A DNA stretch of 64,000 nucleotides from Felis catus (lineage: Eukaryota): the NCBI RefSeq assembly GCF_018350175.1, contig NC_058383.1, positions 12,278,001 to 12,342,000 of the forward strand. The letters run 5' to 3'. Positions 24,157 through 36,330 of this stretch are shown piece by piece. The notes below the pieces were generated by a model. The model was given only the letters and a program-made list of their open reading frames with translations, did not search any database and was not told where the DNA came from. A program made the position numbers and the translations under genes. Within the stretch, counting starts at the first letter, position 1. Each line of letters starts with the position of its first letter.

Positions 24157-25034
24157 CACGAATATATATATTTATATTTAATTATATATATTACTTCAGG
24201 TGACTTCTAATACGTTGGGATACATTTGAAAAGCTTCCACTGTGGTTGGATTAAAGCGTGATCGTCTCCTGCTTGCATTCTGACTTCACCCAGGAGCAGA
24301 TACAATGTAACGGAGCGTTGAGTAAATACTGATGAGTTCTAGCTACGATGAGAAAGCATGAAGCATTTATTCAAATGCCTGTATTTTCATTTCAGAGCAG
24401 ATGAGAATTAATTTTCGGTCTCCTTAGATCCTGAGCGACGGGCCTTTGGTTAAGAGTTTGGGAGCAGGCTGGCTTTGATGGGAGGTGCGGTGTTGAACAC
24501 ACACGACCGGCCCGGGGAATTGGCTAAGCTGGGACGGCCTGATGCAAGCTGCCAGCGCTAACTTTTTACAAACTCCTTTCCTGATAATAAAAGGGAAAAC
24601 AGACACACGCTTGAAATTTTTTGGCAGTCAAATTAGCTTTAACATATGACTCACTATCTTTTTCTTTTTTCTAAACCTAGAAATTCTCTAAAGAAAATCG
24701 TGTGAAACCTCTCGGAACGGGAAAGGCGTAGACAGTAGCTGGCCAGCGGGCCAGCGGGCCCTGCCTCTGTGTGACACTGCGGACCCAGGGTTTTCCCCCC
24801 GGCTGAAGTGTCATCACGCTCCCCGATGGTCGCCGTGCTGGTTTTTGTTGGTGGCTGTCACACCGTCCCCGTCAACAAACACTCTGAGCAAGTCAGTGGG
24901 GCAAGATCCCTTGTTAATAAGGAAGCGGAATAATGAGACCGGAGAAGCCGGGAGGCCCATTGAGATTCCCAGCATCCTGGGGGGAACAATCCCTTCTAAC
25001 CACTTCCTTCCTCGCATTTAAAATCATCCTTAGA

Positions 25035-25270
25035 GGGGCGCCTGGGTGGCGCAGTCGGTTAAGCGTCCGACTTCAGCCAGGTCACGATCTCGCAGTCCGT
25101 GGGTTCGAGCCCCGCGTCGGGCTCTGGGCTGATGGCTCAGAGCCTGGAGCCTGTTTCCGATTCTGTGTCTCCCTCTCTCTCTGCCCCTCCCCCGTTCATG
25201 CTCTGTCTCTCTCTGTCCCAAAAATAAATAAAAAAAAAGTTGAAAAAAAAATTAAAAAAAAAATAAAATA
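25035..25270 (+). mobile_element. CAN-SINE, young felid subfamily
   Basis: Perfect TSD aaaatcatccttaga; a 40-bp SINE head fragment follows at ~25290-25330. Confidence 0.96.
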
Positions 25271-25764
25271 AAATCATCCTTAGAGACTGTGGGCCCCTGG
25301 GTGGGTCAGTCGGTGGAGCGTCTGGCTTCTGAAACCCCCCTTTTTAGGGACAGACCTGTTGTATAAATCATAATTTCCTGGATTGTTCCGGTAACTTCTT
25401 TGCCCTAACTGGAACCTACAGGACCCACTCCTGCCCCAACCTTCTTGAGTGAGGGATGCTTCCCTAGCCCCACACTCCCTCCTAGAGCATGAAAGAGAGG
25501 AACAGTCTCCCAAGGCACTGCCACCACGTCCAGACAATTGTTCCAGAGCCACAAGTCTCTACATTTGCAGCTCTTGATGTCTGTTTTTACCAAGCTTGAG
25601 TTAAGACTTCACATTTTCAGCATCCGTGAGCTGGCCACACGGTCACGCACATTTCTGGAGGGCGGGATCATGATTTTTTCTCTTCTCTCTGTCTTGCCCA
25701 CTCCTACCTCCCATCATACTGGATAATTTCAAAACCCTTGTTGAGAACCTAATATCCTGGCTTC

Positions 25765-25991
25765 GGGGCGCCTGGGCGGCTCAGTCGGTGAAGCATCCGA
25801 CTTCGGCTCGGGTCATGATCTCGCGGTTCGTGAGTTCGAGCCCCGCGTCGGGCTCCGTGCTGACGGCTCGGAGCCTGGAGCCTGCTTCGGATTCTGTGTC
25901 TCCTTCTCTCTCTTTCTCTCTCTCCCCCTCCCCGACTTGTGCTCTGTCTCTCAAAAAGAAATAAACATTAAAAAACTAAAATAAAAATAAA
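25765..25991 (+). mobile_element. CAN-SINE
   Basis: Perfect TSD agaacctaatatcctggcttc. Confidence 0.96.
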
Positions 25992-26094
25992 AGAACCTAA
26001 TATCCTGGCTTCAATCACCGGAAATTTCCAGTTTCATAACTTATTCTATCTCAACGTTCTTCAATTCTATCCTCTCTGCCTTTGTTCAGCCCGT

Positions 26095-26460
26095 GGCCAG
26101 GACTGCTAGCTCGCGAGATCCAAAGTCCTTTGCGCTTTCTGGACACGTGGGTAGACTACAGTTCCCAGGCTCCCTTGAAGTTAAATGTAGCTGTGTGGAT
26201 GACAGGGAACTAAACGGAAGGGACGTGTGTCACACTGAGGCCTGGAAACCCCCCACCCATACCTCTGGGCTGCCTGGAATTAAAACGATCCCTAGATCCA
26301 CCTTGGAGGCTCTGGGTTGAAGACAGCAGAGTCGCTGTTAGCAGGAGGGCTCAGATGCCATCGGGGAAAAGGTTCATGTGCCCGGTACCATTCCACGAAC
26401 AAAAAGTGATCTACTGTGTTTGAGCCGTGGTATATTCTGAGGTCATGCCGATTAATCTAT
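26095..26460 (+). mobile_element. Old ERVL/MaLR LTR relic
   Basis: tagactacagttcccaggctcccttgaagtta...tgtgtcacactgaggcctgg...ctactgtgtttgagcc. Confidence 0.6.
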
Positions 26461-26911
26461 ATCACTGGTGTATTCTCAATGGTCAAGCCCCGTTGATTCT
26501 ACTTGGGGGGGAGCGGGTATCTTTTGGATCTCCCCCTCCTTCCCAGACCCACTATTACCACTGCGAGATCCAGCCTTCGTATTCTCTGTCATGTGGCCTA
26601 TTCCGACGGCCCCTGAGTGGCCTCTCTGCCGTCAGTGTCTTGCCTCTGACGCCCCTCCCTTCATTAAGAATAAAATTCTCAAAGCAAAAGGCAGATACGT
26701 CATCCAGCACCTCTAGAAGCCCTTGATGGTCACAGACTAAATCTCATTCTGCTCGACATGGCGCTCAAGGTTGCGTACGGGCTCGCCTTGAACCGCCTTC
26801 CAATATCCGTTGACTTCGGGGCCGAAGCAAATGCACGGTCCCTCATTTTTGCCTCTACTTGGGGTATTTCTTCACCCTACTCCAGATGTGCAATGTAAAG
26901 AAACCCTTCAT

Positions 26912-27133
26912 GGGGCGCCTGGGTGGCTCAGTCGGTTGAGCATCCGACTTCGGCTCAGGTCATGATCTCGAGGTTCACGAGTTCGAGCCCCGCGTCGGGC
27001 TCTGTGCTAATGGCTCAGAGCCTGGAGCCTGCTTCGGATTCTGTCTCCCTCTCTCTCTCTCTGCCCCTAACCCACTCGCATTCTGTCTCTGTCTCTCTCA
27101 AAAATAAAGAAACATTAAAAAAAAATTTTTAAA
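26912..27133 (+). mobile_element. CAN-SINE
   Basis: TSD aaagaaacccttcatg. Confidence 0.96.
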
Positions 27134-27450
27134 AAGAAACCCTTCATGTCTTTCAATTTCCTAGAGCCCCTCAACTATGAACTATTATTGCTAGATCTTT
27201 CATTTGGAATTCATCATTCCTTCCTCTACCATTTACGCGGTCTGGGATTTCTGAGCTATCTCCTCCCAGTCAGTGTGCCTGTGTCTCTCCTATCAAGATA
27301 AATATTCCTCGAACGTGGAGCACTATTGTTGTCGTGTTTGTATTCTCTCGGCTGTCATGCTATTCCCAGGACATAGCACATGCTTCACAAGTGACTGTCG
27401 GGAAAGAGGAACAGCAAATCCTAAGAAGAGACAAGAGGAGGAGGTGCAGC

Positions 27451-27858
27451 AGGAGGAGGGAGGAGGGAAGGAAGGAGGGAGGGAGGAGGGAAGGAAGGAG
27501 GGAGGAGGGAAGGAAGGAGGGAGAGGGAAGGAAGGGAGGAGGGAAGGAAGGGAGGAGGGAGGGAGGAGGGAAGGAAGGAGGGAGAGGGAAGGAAGGGAGG
27601 AGGGAAGGAAAGGAGGAGGGAAGGAAGGGAGGAGGGAGGGAGGAGGGAAGGGAGGAGGGAGGGAGGAGGGAAGGAAGGAGGGAGGGAGGAGGGAAGGAAA
27701 GAGGGAGGGAGGAGGGAGGGAAGGAAGGAGGGAGGGAGGAGGGAAGGAAGGAGGGAGGGAGGAGGGAAGGAAGGAAGGAGGGAGGGAGGAGAGAAGGAAG
27801 GAGGGAGGGAGGAGAGAAGAAAGGAGGGAGGGAGGAGGGAAGGAAGGAAGGAGGGAAG
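27451..27858. repeat. 408-nt pure polypurine tract (GGA/GGGA/GGAA units)
   Basis: Only A and G on the + strand across the interval. Confidence 0.97.
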
Positions 27859-29151
27859 TGTTCGTGTGGGCCCTTTTCTTCCCTCTCTCACCTGCTATGG
27901 TGCCCTTGCCCAGGAAAAAAGACTGAGGCAGACCGTTCATCGTTTCGACAGACGTGTGCTAGGTAGAGCTTGGCTTCCTCCCCTCTCCGGGGCCTGTTCT
28001 GCATGCTCCCCGCCCCCCCATGGCATTTCCTACTGGGGACAGGGAGCTGGGGGAGCACCCCTAGGTCATGACCTGCTGAGGGCCGGCCCCCTGCTAAGCG
28101 CTCATCTGCCCAGCGCTGAGTCTCAGCCTCCAAATGGTTCATTTTCTCCCTGCAACTAGCATCCATCAATTTTCTCCTCTGAAAGACAATGCCAAGAGGA
28201 GACAATTAGCTTAAGAGCGAGAGGACACATTTTACACCGGTCTTCCCTTGTATGTTTCTTGTTCTTTCCACTTAAGACATTGTTACCCGTGATCTGTGCG
28301 CTGACACCCTCTGGATATGGGAAACCTCCATATATAGGAATGGAATAGACACTTTGATGGATGCCTTCTTATTTTTCTGTCATTCTCTTGATAACTTATC
28401 TTATTCCAAACCCTAATAGCAAGTAGTTTTTAGATTGCATCTTGCAGGGGAGAAAATATGTTAGCAATGGTCTTGCTCTGCATAATCGTGGTACCGTTTC
28501 GGAGGAAAGGTATTTACTTATTTACCCGGGGAGCTGAGGAGACGGGTGTCATCGTTGGATAGGACGTGGGGGCGGGGGGACCGACTGATCGTGGTTCATT
28601 TGTCTTGAAATGCAAATGTGACCGTTGTCCATGAAAGAAGGTGACCCTGCAAATTTCATCCAGGTGTAACATTTTGTATTGACCTCTAGGATCTTTGATG
28701 TTTTCTTTATTGATATTTTTGTGCTGTGAAGAATCGTAATTCCTTAGGACTTCCAAGAATCAGAGTGAAATGCCAGGGATCTTGCCTTCTGTCTGCCTTC
28801 TACCGTTCACGGAGTCATCGTGCATCCCTATGTGGAGCAGGTGAAGTGGTCCCGGGATGCAAGCGTGCACCGCGGCCGTCTCTGCACGCAGATGTCTATA
28901 CATCAAGAGGAAGGCGAGTGTGCGGAGTTAATGACTGATGCACAGATAGGGTCACAGGGCAGGGGCATCAGAACACAAGGCCATTGGAACAGCAGGTGAG
29001 AGCACGAACTCTGAGCTGTGTCCTGAAGGCTGAAGTGGGAGTTTCTGGGGAAGGAGGCAGGGAAAGGGGAAACGCATATGCCTCCAAGAATCCAAGGGGA
29101 TCAAAATAGCAGAGGGATAGAAACAACACTTAAAAAAAGAAAATAAAACAA

Positions 29152-29370
29152 TGGGTGCCTGGGTGCCTCAGCCTATTGAACCTCCCACTTTGGCTCAGGT
29201 CATGATCTCGCGGTTCGTGGGTTCGAGCCCCATGTCAGGCTCTGTGCTGACAGCTCAGAGCCTAGAGCCTGCTTCAAATTCTCTCCCCCCCTCTCTCTCT
29301 CTCTGCCCCTCACCTGTTCATGCTCTCTCTCTCTCAAAAATAAATAAACATTAAAAAAATTAAATAAAGA
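29152..29370 (+). mobile_element. CAN-SINE
   Basis: Full body. Confidence 0.93.
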
Positions 29371-29639
29371 AAACAGAATGTCAGACTTCTATTCTGAAAC
29401 CTACATTTGGCAAGCACTTAATGAGCGCCTACTGTATGCCCTACACCGTATGCAAGCATCTTCCTACTGATCCAAACTCCTAAGTGATCCAAAGCTGTGT
29501 GGGTCCCCAGACAGCAAACCCCGGGGTCAGAAGTGAGTGCGCTGGGCTCTTCTACCAGACACGTATGTCCTCAGCACCTACGTAGGGCGCCACACAAGGT
29601 TCTACGTCAAGGCTCCGGAATGTCCCAGAACCCAGTGTC

Positions 29640-29800
29640 TGCATCCTGGGTCCACGTTCCGGCAGCCCCAGCTACTAGCCATGACACTTTGCGATTAACC
29701 TCTTCATCCCAGTTTCTTCATCCGATTTGGAGGTAATAACGGCCCCTACCTCAGTGGATTATTATTAAGCGCCTACAAAATTCCCTGGCACAGAGGGAAG
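29640..29800 (+). mobile_element. MIR fragment
   Basis: ctactagccatgac...ttaacctcttcatcccagtttcttcatc...taataacggcccctacctca. Confidence 0.7.
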
Positions 29801-30883
29801 GACTGTGGACTCTCTGTATATGTTAGTTTGTTAACTAAATAAAATAGGTTTTATTGGAAAGCCTATTAAAAAGCGGTCCCTGCCTCCGGGAGCTGAGGAT
29901 AAGAGTTATAACCTGATTCTGAAGGAGAGTCGCTATTCACCAATCTTAGCAATAAAAACTGAGCCGCACCTTCCAATAAAAGAAATTCGCCCTGGTTCTG
30001 AAAATCACAGCTGCTATTGAAAATTGCTAATTCGGGGAACCTGGGAAAAGTCGGTCCCCTCTAGGCTAATCTTCATTCACAGCAAAAAGTAGCAATTCTG
30101 AATCTTTGCTTGGGTGGGAGAGAAGTGACAGCAGTGGCAGTTACATTGTGTCTCTGGTCACAGGCTGTTTTCTGCAGGGATAAAAAGCATCTTCGGTGCC
30201 CTCACTGTTACACTCCCCCTCTCTTTCGGTTGACTTTACAGCGTTGTGGATTTTTTTTTTAAATAAAACTTTTAAGGCAGAGTAAAAAATCTAACGGTAT
30301 TCAGAGTCACTATTGGTTAGGTTGACTGGTAAGTAATTTTTGTAGAAATTAAAAAATCTCCTTTTTTCTCTTACGTTTTGAATCAGGTACCAATAAAGAG
30401 GGGGGAGAAAAGGCTGACCCGGTCCCAATGTTTGCTCTCACGAAAATGCTGGAGATTGCATTTTCTGTTTAGCAGCCCCGGGGCCGCGAGGAGGACTTGA
30501 ATAGTCCTACCAACGCGGCGGGAGGGGGGAAGGAATGTGAATTTCCTTCACCAAATATGGTTGACCCACAGCCTAAACCAAGGTTCCAGGGCATTCTCAA
30601 GCCTCCTGCTGTCACTGAAAATGCTCCGTCCAGCCTCGATCATCACGGTTTCCAAGGGTCTCGGGGAGATGCTACCGGGCTGTGTCCGGCCCCGGGTCGA
30701 GGGTGCCTGACACATGGGGAAAGGGTGCAACCATCCTCCTTTGGGTTTGGAAGGACAGAGACGCCTTTCCCTTTTCGTTCCAGGAACAGAGGGAAGAGGC
30801 GACAGTCACAAGGTCAGGAATAAAAGACACATTCCAATCACTGCTTCCCTCTCAGGCTGGGTACTGGATTAGGACTACCGTTG

Positions 30884-30947
30884 AAAGAAAGAAAGAAAGA
30901 AAGAAAGAAAGAAAAGAAAGAAAGAAAGAAAGAAAGAAAGAGAAAAA
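30884..30947. repeat. (AAAG)n microsatellite
   Basis: Direct read. Confidence 0.97.
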
Positions 30948-31872
30948 ACAAGAAAGCAGCCGCGTTTTCAGGCCAGTGGCCAGAGATCTAAGTGGGTAGA
31001 ACCATAATGTGTTTGGGCTGGTTACGGTCAGAAGCCGTCACATGTCCTCGGTCACCCAAATTAAAGGTCCTCGGAGTCACAGCAAATGAGCTCTGAACCT
31101 CAGCCCTCATGCACATTGGAAAGTCTCACCTGCCTCTTGCCGGGAGCCGTGTTTAAACGGTCGCCGCCTCCGGCGAGCCCGCTGTGGTTGCGCCCTCTTC
31201 ACAGCCCGTGCCGGGGGCGGAAAAAAAAACACGGCAAAGCTACCCGCTCAAAGGGCGATCCCCTACAAACCACAGAGGGACACAGCCCGGACTAAAGGAT
31301 ACTGTTAAATATGATTTTGATTTAGTGGTTCTGATGTTATCTTTTGTACGGCGCCAAGAAAAAAAAAAAAAAAGGCGGTAATGTTTTATCAGCGGTTACA
31401 TGGTGAAAGCGTATTGTACACTTCATCCAATTAGAGCCCCTTTATCTAGCTCGCCCTGCCTTAAGTGAAATGCCGCCTCGGGTTTCTTGCATCCCTAGGC
31501 AGCCACACGCAGGCCATGGCGAGGGGTCCAAGACGCTTTGGTACGCAGAAAATTAACAGAAGGCTATTGTGTCAGCTGGCAGTTTCTTGAGGCTTAAGGA
31601 CTTTGTGGCCCTTTTATTACGGGAACCGAGCTCCAGCTTCCGGGACCGGCAACCCGGAGATTTTGCCGCCCGTGCTTTGCCCAGGAGGAAATTGTATAAG
31701 CCCCCGGGGGAAGCTTTGGCTGAAACCACGGAAGGCCGGCACAGCCAGATGGTGTGAACCCAGCCGCACGTCCGGCTCTTTCCTGGGCAAGACAAAGCCG
31801 GCCACTGCGTGGTGTATAAACTGGTGAGATGCGGGGGCTTGGGGTAGATTCCATCAATCTACTCAATAAATG

Positions 31873-32635
31873 TTTTATTTTAAATATTTTATTTTAAATA
31901 TTTTTTTATTTTATTTTAATTTATTTTATTTTATTTTAAATATTTATTTTATTTAAAATTTTATTTTATTTTAAAAATATTAAATTTTATTTTAAATATT
32001 TATTTTTTTATTTTATTTTAAATATTTTATTTTTTTAAATATTTTTAAAAATATTTTATTTTAAATATTTTAATTTTATTTTTATTCTTTTTTATTTTAA
32101 ATATTTTAAATATTTATTTTATTTTTTTAATATTTATTTTATTTTAAATATTTATTTAAATTTTAAATATTTTAAATATTTTATTTTAAATATTTTTTTA
32201 TTTTATTTTAATTTATTTTATTTTATTTTAAATATTTATTTTATTTAAAATTTTATTTTATTTTAAAAATATTAAATTTTATTTTAAATATTTATTTTTT
32301 TTATTTTATTTTAAATATTTTATTTTTTTTAATATTTTTAAAATATTTTATTTTAAATATTTTAATTTTATTTTTATTCTTTTTTATTTTAAATATTTTA
32401 AATATTTATATTATTTTTTTTAAATATTTATTTTATTTTAAATATTTATTTAAATTTTAAATATTTTAAATATTTTATTTTAAATATTTTTTTATTTTTT
32501 TATTTTATTTTAAATATTTATTTTATTTTATTTTATTTTTATTTTTTTTCTTTTCTTTTATTTATTTTATTTTAAATATATTTTTTTAATATTTTATTTT
32601 ATTTTAAATATTTTTTTTATTTTATTTTAAATATT
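31873..32635. repeat. ~750-nt A/T low-complexity tract with internal 292-nt tandem duplication (expanded SINE tail)
   Basis: Lone C at 32087 and 32379; aaaaatattaaatttt at 31973 and 32265. Confidence 0.93.
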
Positions 32636-32821
32636 TATTTGAGAGAGACAGAGAGCTCGTGCGAGCAAGGGAGGGGCAGAGAGAGAGAGGGGGAGAGGGG
32701 ATCCGAAGCGGGCTCTGTGCGGACAGCAGAGAGCCCAATGCGGGGCTCGCATGCATGAACCGGGAGATCATGACTTTAGCCAAAGTCAGACACTTAACCC
32801 ACTGAGCCACCCAGGCGCCCC
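32620..32821 (-). mobile_element. CAN-SINE whose tail merges into the A/T tract
   Basis: Ends gagccacccaggcgcccc; aaatg flanks both sides of SINE plus tract. Confidence 0.93.
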
Positions 32822-32939
32822 AAATGAGCCCTTTCTATGCCAGGCGCGGTAGGTCCCCAGGCCCTCACGGAGCCCACTGTCTAGTAAAGAGAAACACAGG
32901 CAACAAAGGATCATAATACCAGAGGCATGCCGCAGAAGC

Positions 32940-33478
32940 TGTTGTCGTCACCATCTGCTCAAAATTCAACCCCTTCTCCCATTTTTCTTGCTGACAGGTG
33001 CCAATAACTGTGTTGGGCAGAGGGATGTGCCCAACTGCATCCGCATCTTGTCCGCTCCCTTCTAAGTTTGGACTAGGCCAGAACAGAATTCTAGACAACA
33101 AAATCCAAGCAGAAGTCTAGTGGGAGACCCTGGGATAGCTTTTGCTGTCTTGAACAAAGAGGACAGACGCGGCTGGCGCTGCCCTAACTTCCATGTTTTT
33201 TGCCTTGAACATCGGTGCGATGTCGGGTACGGGGGCAGCCATCTTGCAACCATGAGGTGTGACAAGCATGGCAAAGAGCTAACACGAAAAGAATGGCAAA
33301 GCCCAAGGACAGCAAAGGCCCGCTTCCTGGTGCAAACACTGAGAAGCCGAGTCAACACCCAATGTTGCCAAAACCTGGATGTTTTGTTAAACAAGAAAAA
33401 CAAAAGACTTTTTTTTTTTCTGAAAGCCATTCTTCATCCAGTTTTCTCTACTCGTATAGCCATATTCCTAGCAGATAA
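32940..33478 (+). mobile_element. Old ERVL/MaLR LTR relic (LTR33/LTR16-like)
   Basis: ggcagccatcttgcaaccatgagg...cctggatgttttgttaaacaagaaaaa...aagccatt. Confidence 0.7.
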
Positions 33479-33729
33479 TGGAATCAGAGTTAAAAGATGT
33501 GCATAGGTTACAAACGGGAAAGGTCAAGGGAGGTCCTACTTGTTCCCAGAGGATATACTTCCTCCAATGGAATGACAATGGAACGATCAAGCTTCAATCA
33601 AAGCACGGGAGTCCTTGGGGGGTTGGGGGGGGGGGAGGTCCAAGTAGAAAAACATACCCTAAGTTGAGGGAGGCGCATGTGCAGTGGAGTAGCATGGGTG
33701 TGGGGAAAGGGAAGGTGTAAAAACGATGC

Positions 33730-33945
33730 TGGGGGAGCCCGGGGGGGTTCAGTCAGTTGAGTGTCGGATTCCTGGTATTGGCTCAGGTCACGATCTCCCA
33801 GTCGTGAGGTCAAGCTCTGAGGCCAGCCCTGCACTGACCACGCGGAGCCTGATTGGGATTCTTTCTCTCCCTCTCTCTCCGCCTCTCCCGAACTCACGCT
33901 CTCTCTCTCTCTCTTAAAATAAACTTTAAAGAAAGAAAAAGAAAA
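33730..33945 (+). mobile_element. CAN-SINE (diverged)
   Basis: ttcagtcagttgagtgtc...ggctcaggtcacgatctc...(CT)n, aataaa. Confidence 0.9.
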
Positions 33946-35292
33946 GGGACTGTTGGCCTCCGGCTGGATGTGGGGAACCTGGAACCCGCGGATTGCAAAC
34001 CTAGTGGCCGGGAACACAGTCTCCTGGCCCTGAGGAGCACCTGGGCAAGTGCCCAAGTAGATCGACCCCGCGGGGGTGGTGCAGGTGAGCACAGGATCCA
34101 CCAGAAATAGATCTGCGACCGAAACCCCTCCTGGAAGAACTCCTTAGACCCATGGGAACTTTGCCTTCAGCCGCACCCAGTTAGATCGCCTGGAGACATT
34201 TTTTTTTTAACGATACTACTCATAACAAACCCTTTTTTGAGTGATTTCCCCCAATTGCCAGGCACTGTTTTAAGTGCCTTACATGCATTAGCTCATTTCA
34301 TCAATGACAACATCACAGGGGAAAACCTTCCAAAGCGAGATTTTTATGTCTCGCATTAAACCGTGTAGAGACTGCCACGGAGCGATGGCCACCGGGGAGA
34401 AGGGAGGGGGGCCGCGCCACCTGCGCCCTGCTGTTTAAACCCGCTGCAGCGGGGGGCTGAATGTGTATTCCTTCAGGGCAGAGCCCCTGGAGAGAGGGGC
34501 ACAGTGGCTGAGCCGGGCTGAAGGGAGGTAGGCAGGAAGGGGACATTTATCAGGACGTGTTATATGCCTGAGTCGGAGCCAGGTCCTTTGAAAGCCCATA
34601 CGAAATTGATTGCACATTAACAACCCCTGAGCTAATGCTATCAAGAGGGTTATTTAATGGCATTACCCGGGGAAGAATCATGGCAGTTTTGTTCCTGCCC
34701 AGCGAGGAAATCCATTTTCACTTAGGACATCACCGCGCGAGTTCCGCAGCCAGCCGACCGGAAGAAAGCATGGATCCCATGGTCCCATCTGGAAAGGACA
34801 CAGGCGATCATTCTGGAGGGCTGACATTTATCGGGGCGTGTACTCCTTGCCAGGCACGGCCCCCAGCGCTGTCTGTTCGTTGTCTCATGGGACCCCTGGG
34901 CGGTGGGTGAAAATGGCATCTCGATCCGATGGGACGAGGAGAGCGAGGCACAGAAAGGTTGCAGTACCTTGACCAAGTTTACCCAGCGGCTGAGCCTACG
35001 AAATCCAAGATCCAGAGAGATCGGGTCAACTAGCAGGGACGCAGAAGTGATACACTGAAGGGTCCCTTCCTGCAGGGGTTAATCGGGGTCATACCCCAAA
35101 CACCGGACAGCCAGTATGACCCCGGCATCGGCCAGCCGGGCTGGACCCTGGTCGTGGGCCCCCACGGTGGTTGGTGGGCGTCCATTGGCCGAACGTCTGC
35201 CCTGGTGATGAACAGGGACCCAGCAGCATGACAAGTATCTTGGAGGGAAGCCACATTTCCCCAACACCAGCGCAATAATAAAGATCTAATTC

Positions 35293-35502
35293 TTTTTTTT
35301 AATGTTTATTTATGTATTTGAGAGAGAGAGAGATTGCACGGTGGGGGAGGGGCAGAGAGAGAGAGAGAGAGGAGAGAGAGAATCCCAAGGAGGCTCTGTA
35401 ATGTCAGCACAGAGCCCGACACGGGCTCAAACCCACAAACTGTGAGATCACGACCCGAGGCAAAGTCGGATGCTTAACGGACTGAGCCACCCAGGCGCCC
35501 CC
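35293..35502 (-). mobile_element. CAN-SINE
   Basis: TSD tctaattctt. Confidence 0.95.
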
Positions 35503-35824
35503 AGGTCTAATTCTTGAAACAAACTTTGAACGGGGGTTTAAACGAAGGCCAGCCATCTTTACCTGGCTTTCTTTTATTTCATGGTGCTCATGAATGCCTC
35601 CATTCAGTAAGCAAGCATTTGTTGAGCACCTGCTGTCTACCCGCCCCAGCTGTTAGGACATAGTAATCCCTGCCCGCATGGAGTTTACCTTGACCAAGAA
35701 AAGTAACACATAGGTAAGCCCTACTGGGAGGGGACGCATGTTATACGACATAAAATAGAGACACGGGGTTTGGGAAAGCTGGGGCTGGAGGCAGGGCCCC
35801 AGTGAAAAGGCCACAGTTTAAGAA

Positions 35825-36036
35825 TTTTTTTTTAATGTTCATTTATTTCTGAGACAGAGAGAGACAGAGCATGAGTGGGGGAGGGGCAGAGAGAGAGGGA
35901 GACACAGAATCCAAAGCGGGTTCCAGGCTCCGAGCTGTCAGCACAGAGCCCGACGCGGGGCTCGACCTCACAAACCGCGAGATCATGACCTGAGCCGAAG
36001 TCGGTCGCTCAACCGACTGAGCCACCCAGGTGCCCC
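35825..36036 (-). mobile_element. CAN-SINE
   Basis: TSD aaaagg(c/t)cacagttta. Confidence 0.96.
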
Positions 36037-36174
36037 AAAAGGTCACAGTTTAGCAAGGCTTAACCAAGGTGAAGTAGCCACACATATCTAGAAGAGCTGA
36101 TACGGAGGCCTTTGGGTGCAAGCAGTCTGAGGTGCTTGAGACCTGGCTGGCCAGGGGGAAGACGGCATCTATGG

Positions 36175-36330
36175 GATTAGGCTCGAGTCCCAGCTCTGTC
36201 GTGTTCGGAGCACGTTCTTGGCCTGAGTCTCACTCTCCTCGTGGCTAAAATGGGACTTATAATTGCAAGTGCCTCTTGGGTTCTCGCGGGGATCAAACGG
36301 GACCAGATGTGCTAAGTATTCAGGATGCCT
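36175..36330 (+). mobile_element. MIR fragment
   Basis: ggctcgagtcccagctctg...ctcctcgtggctaaaatgggacttataat. Confidence 0.65.

Noticed and set aside
27273..27966. ~200-aa G/R/E/K-rich and P/S/L/F-rich ORFs on both strands
   Set aside because: Artefact of the polypurine tract
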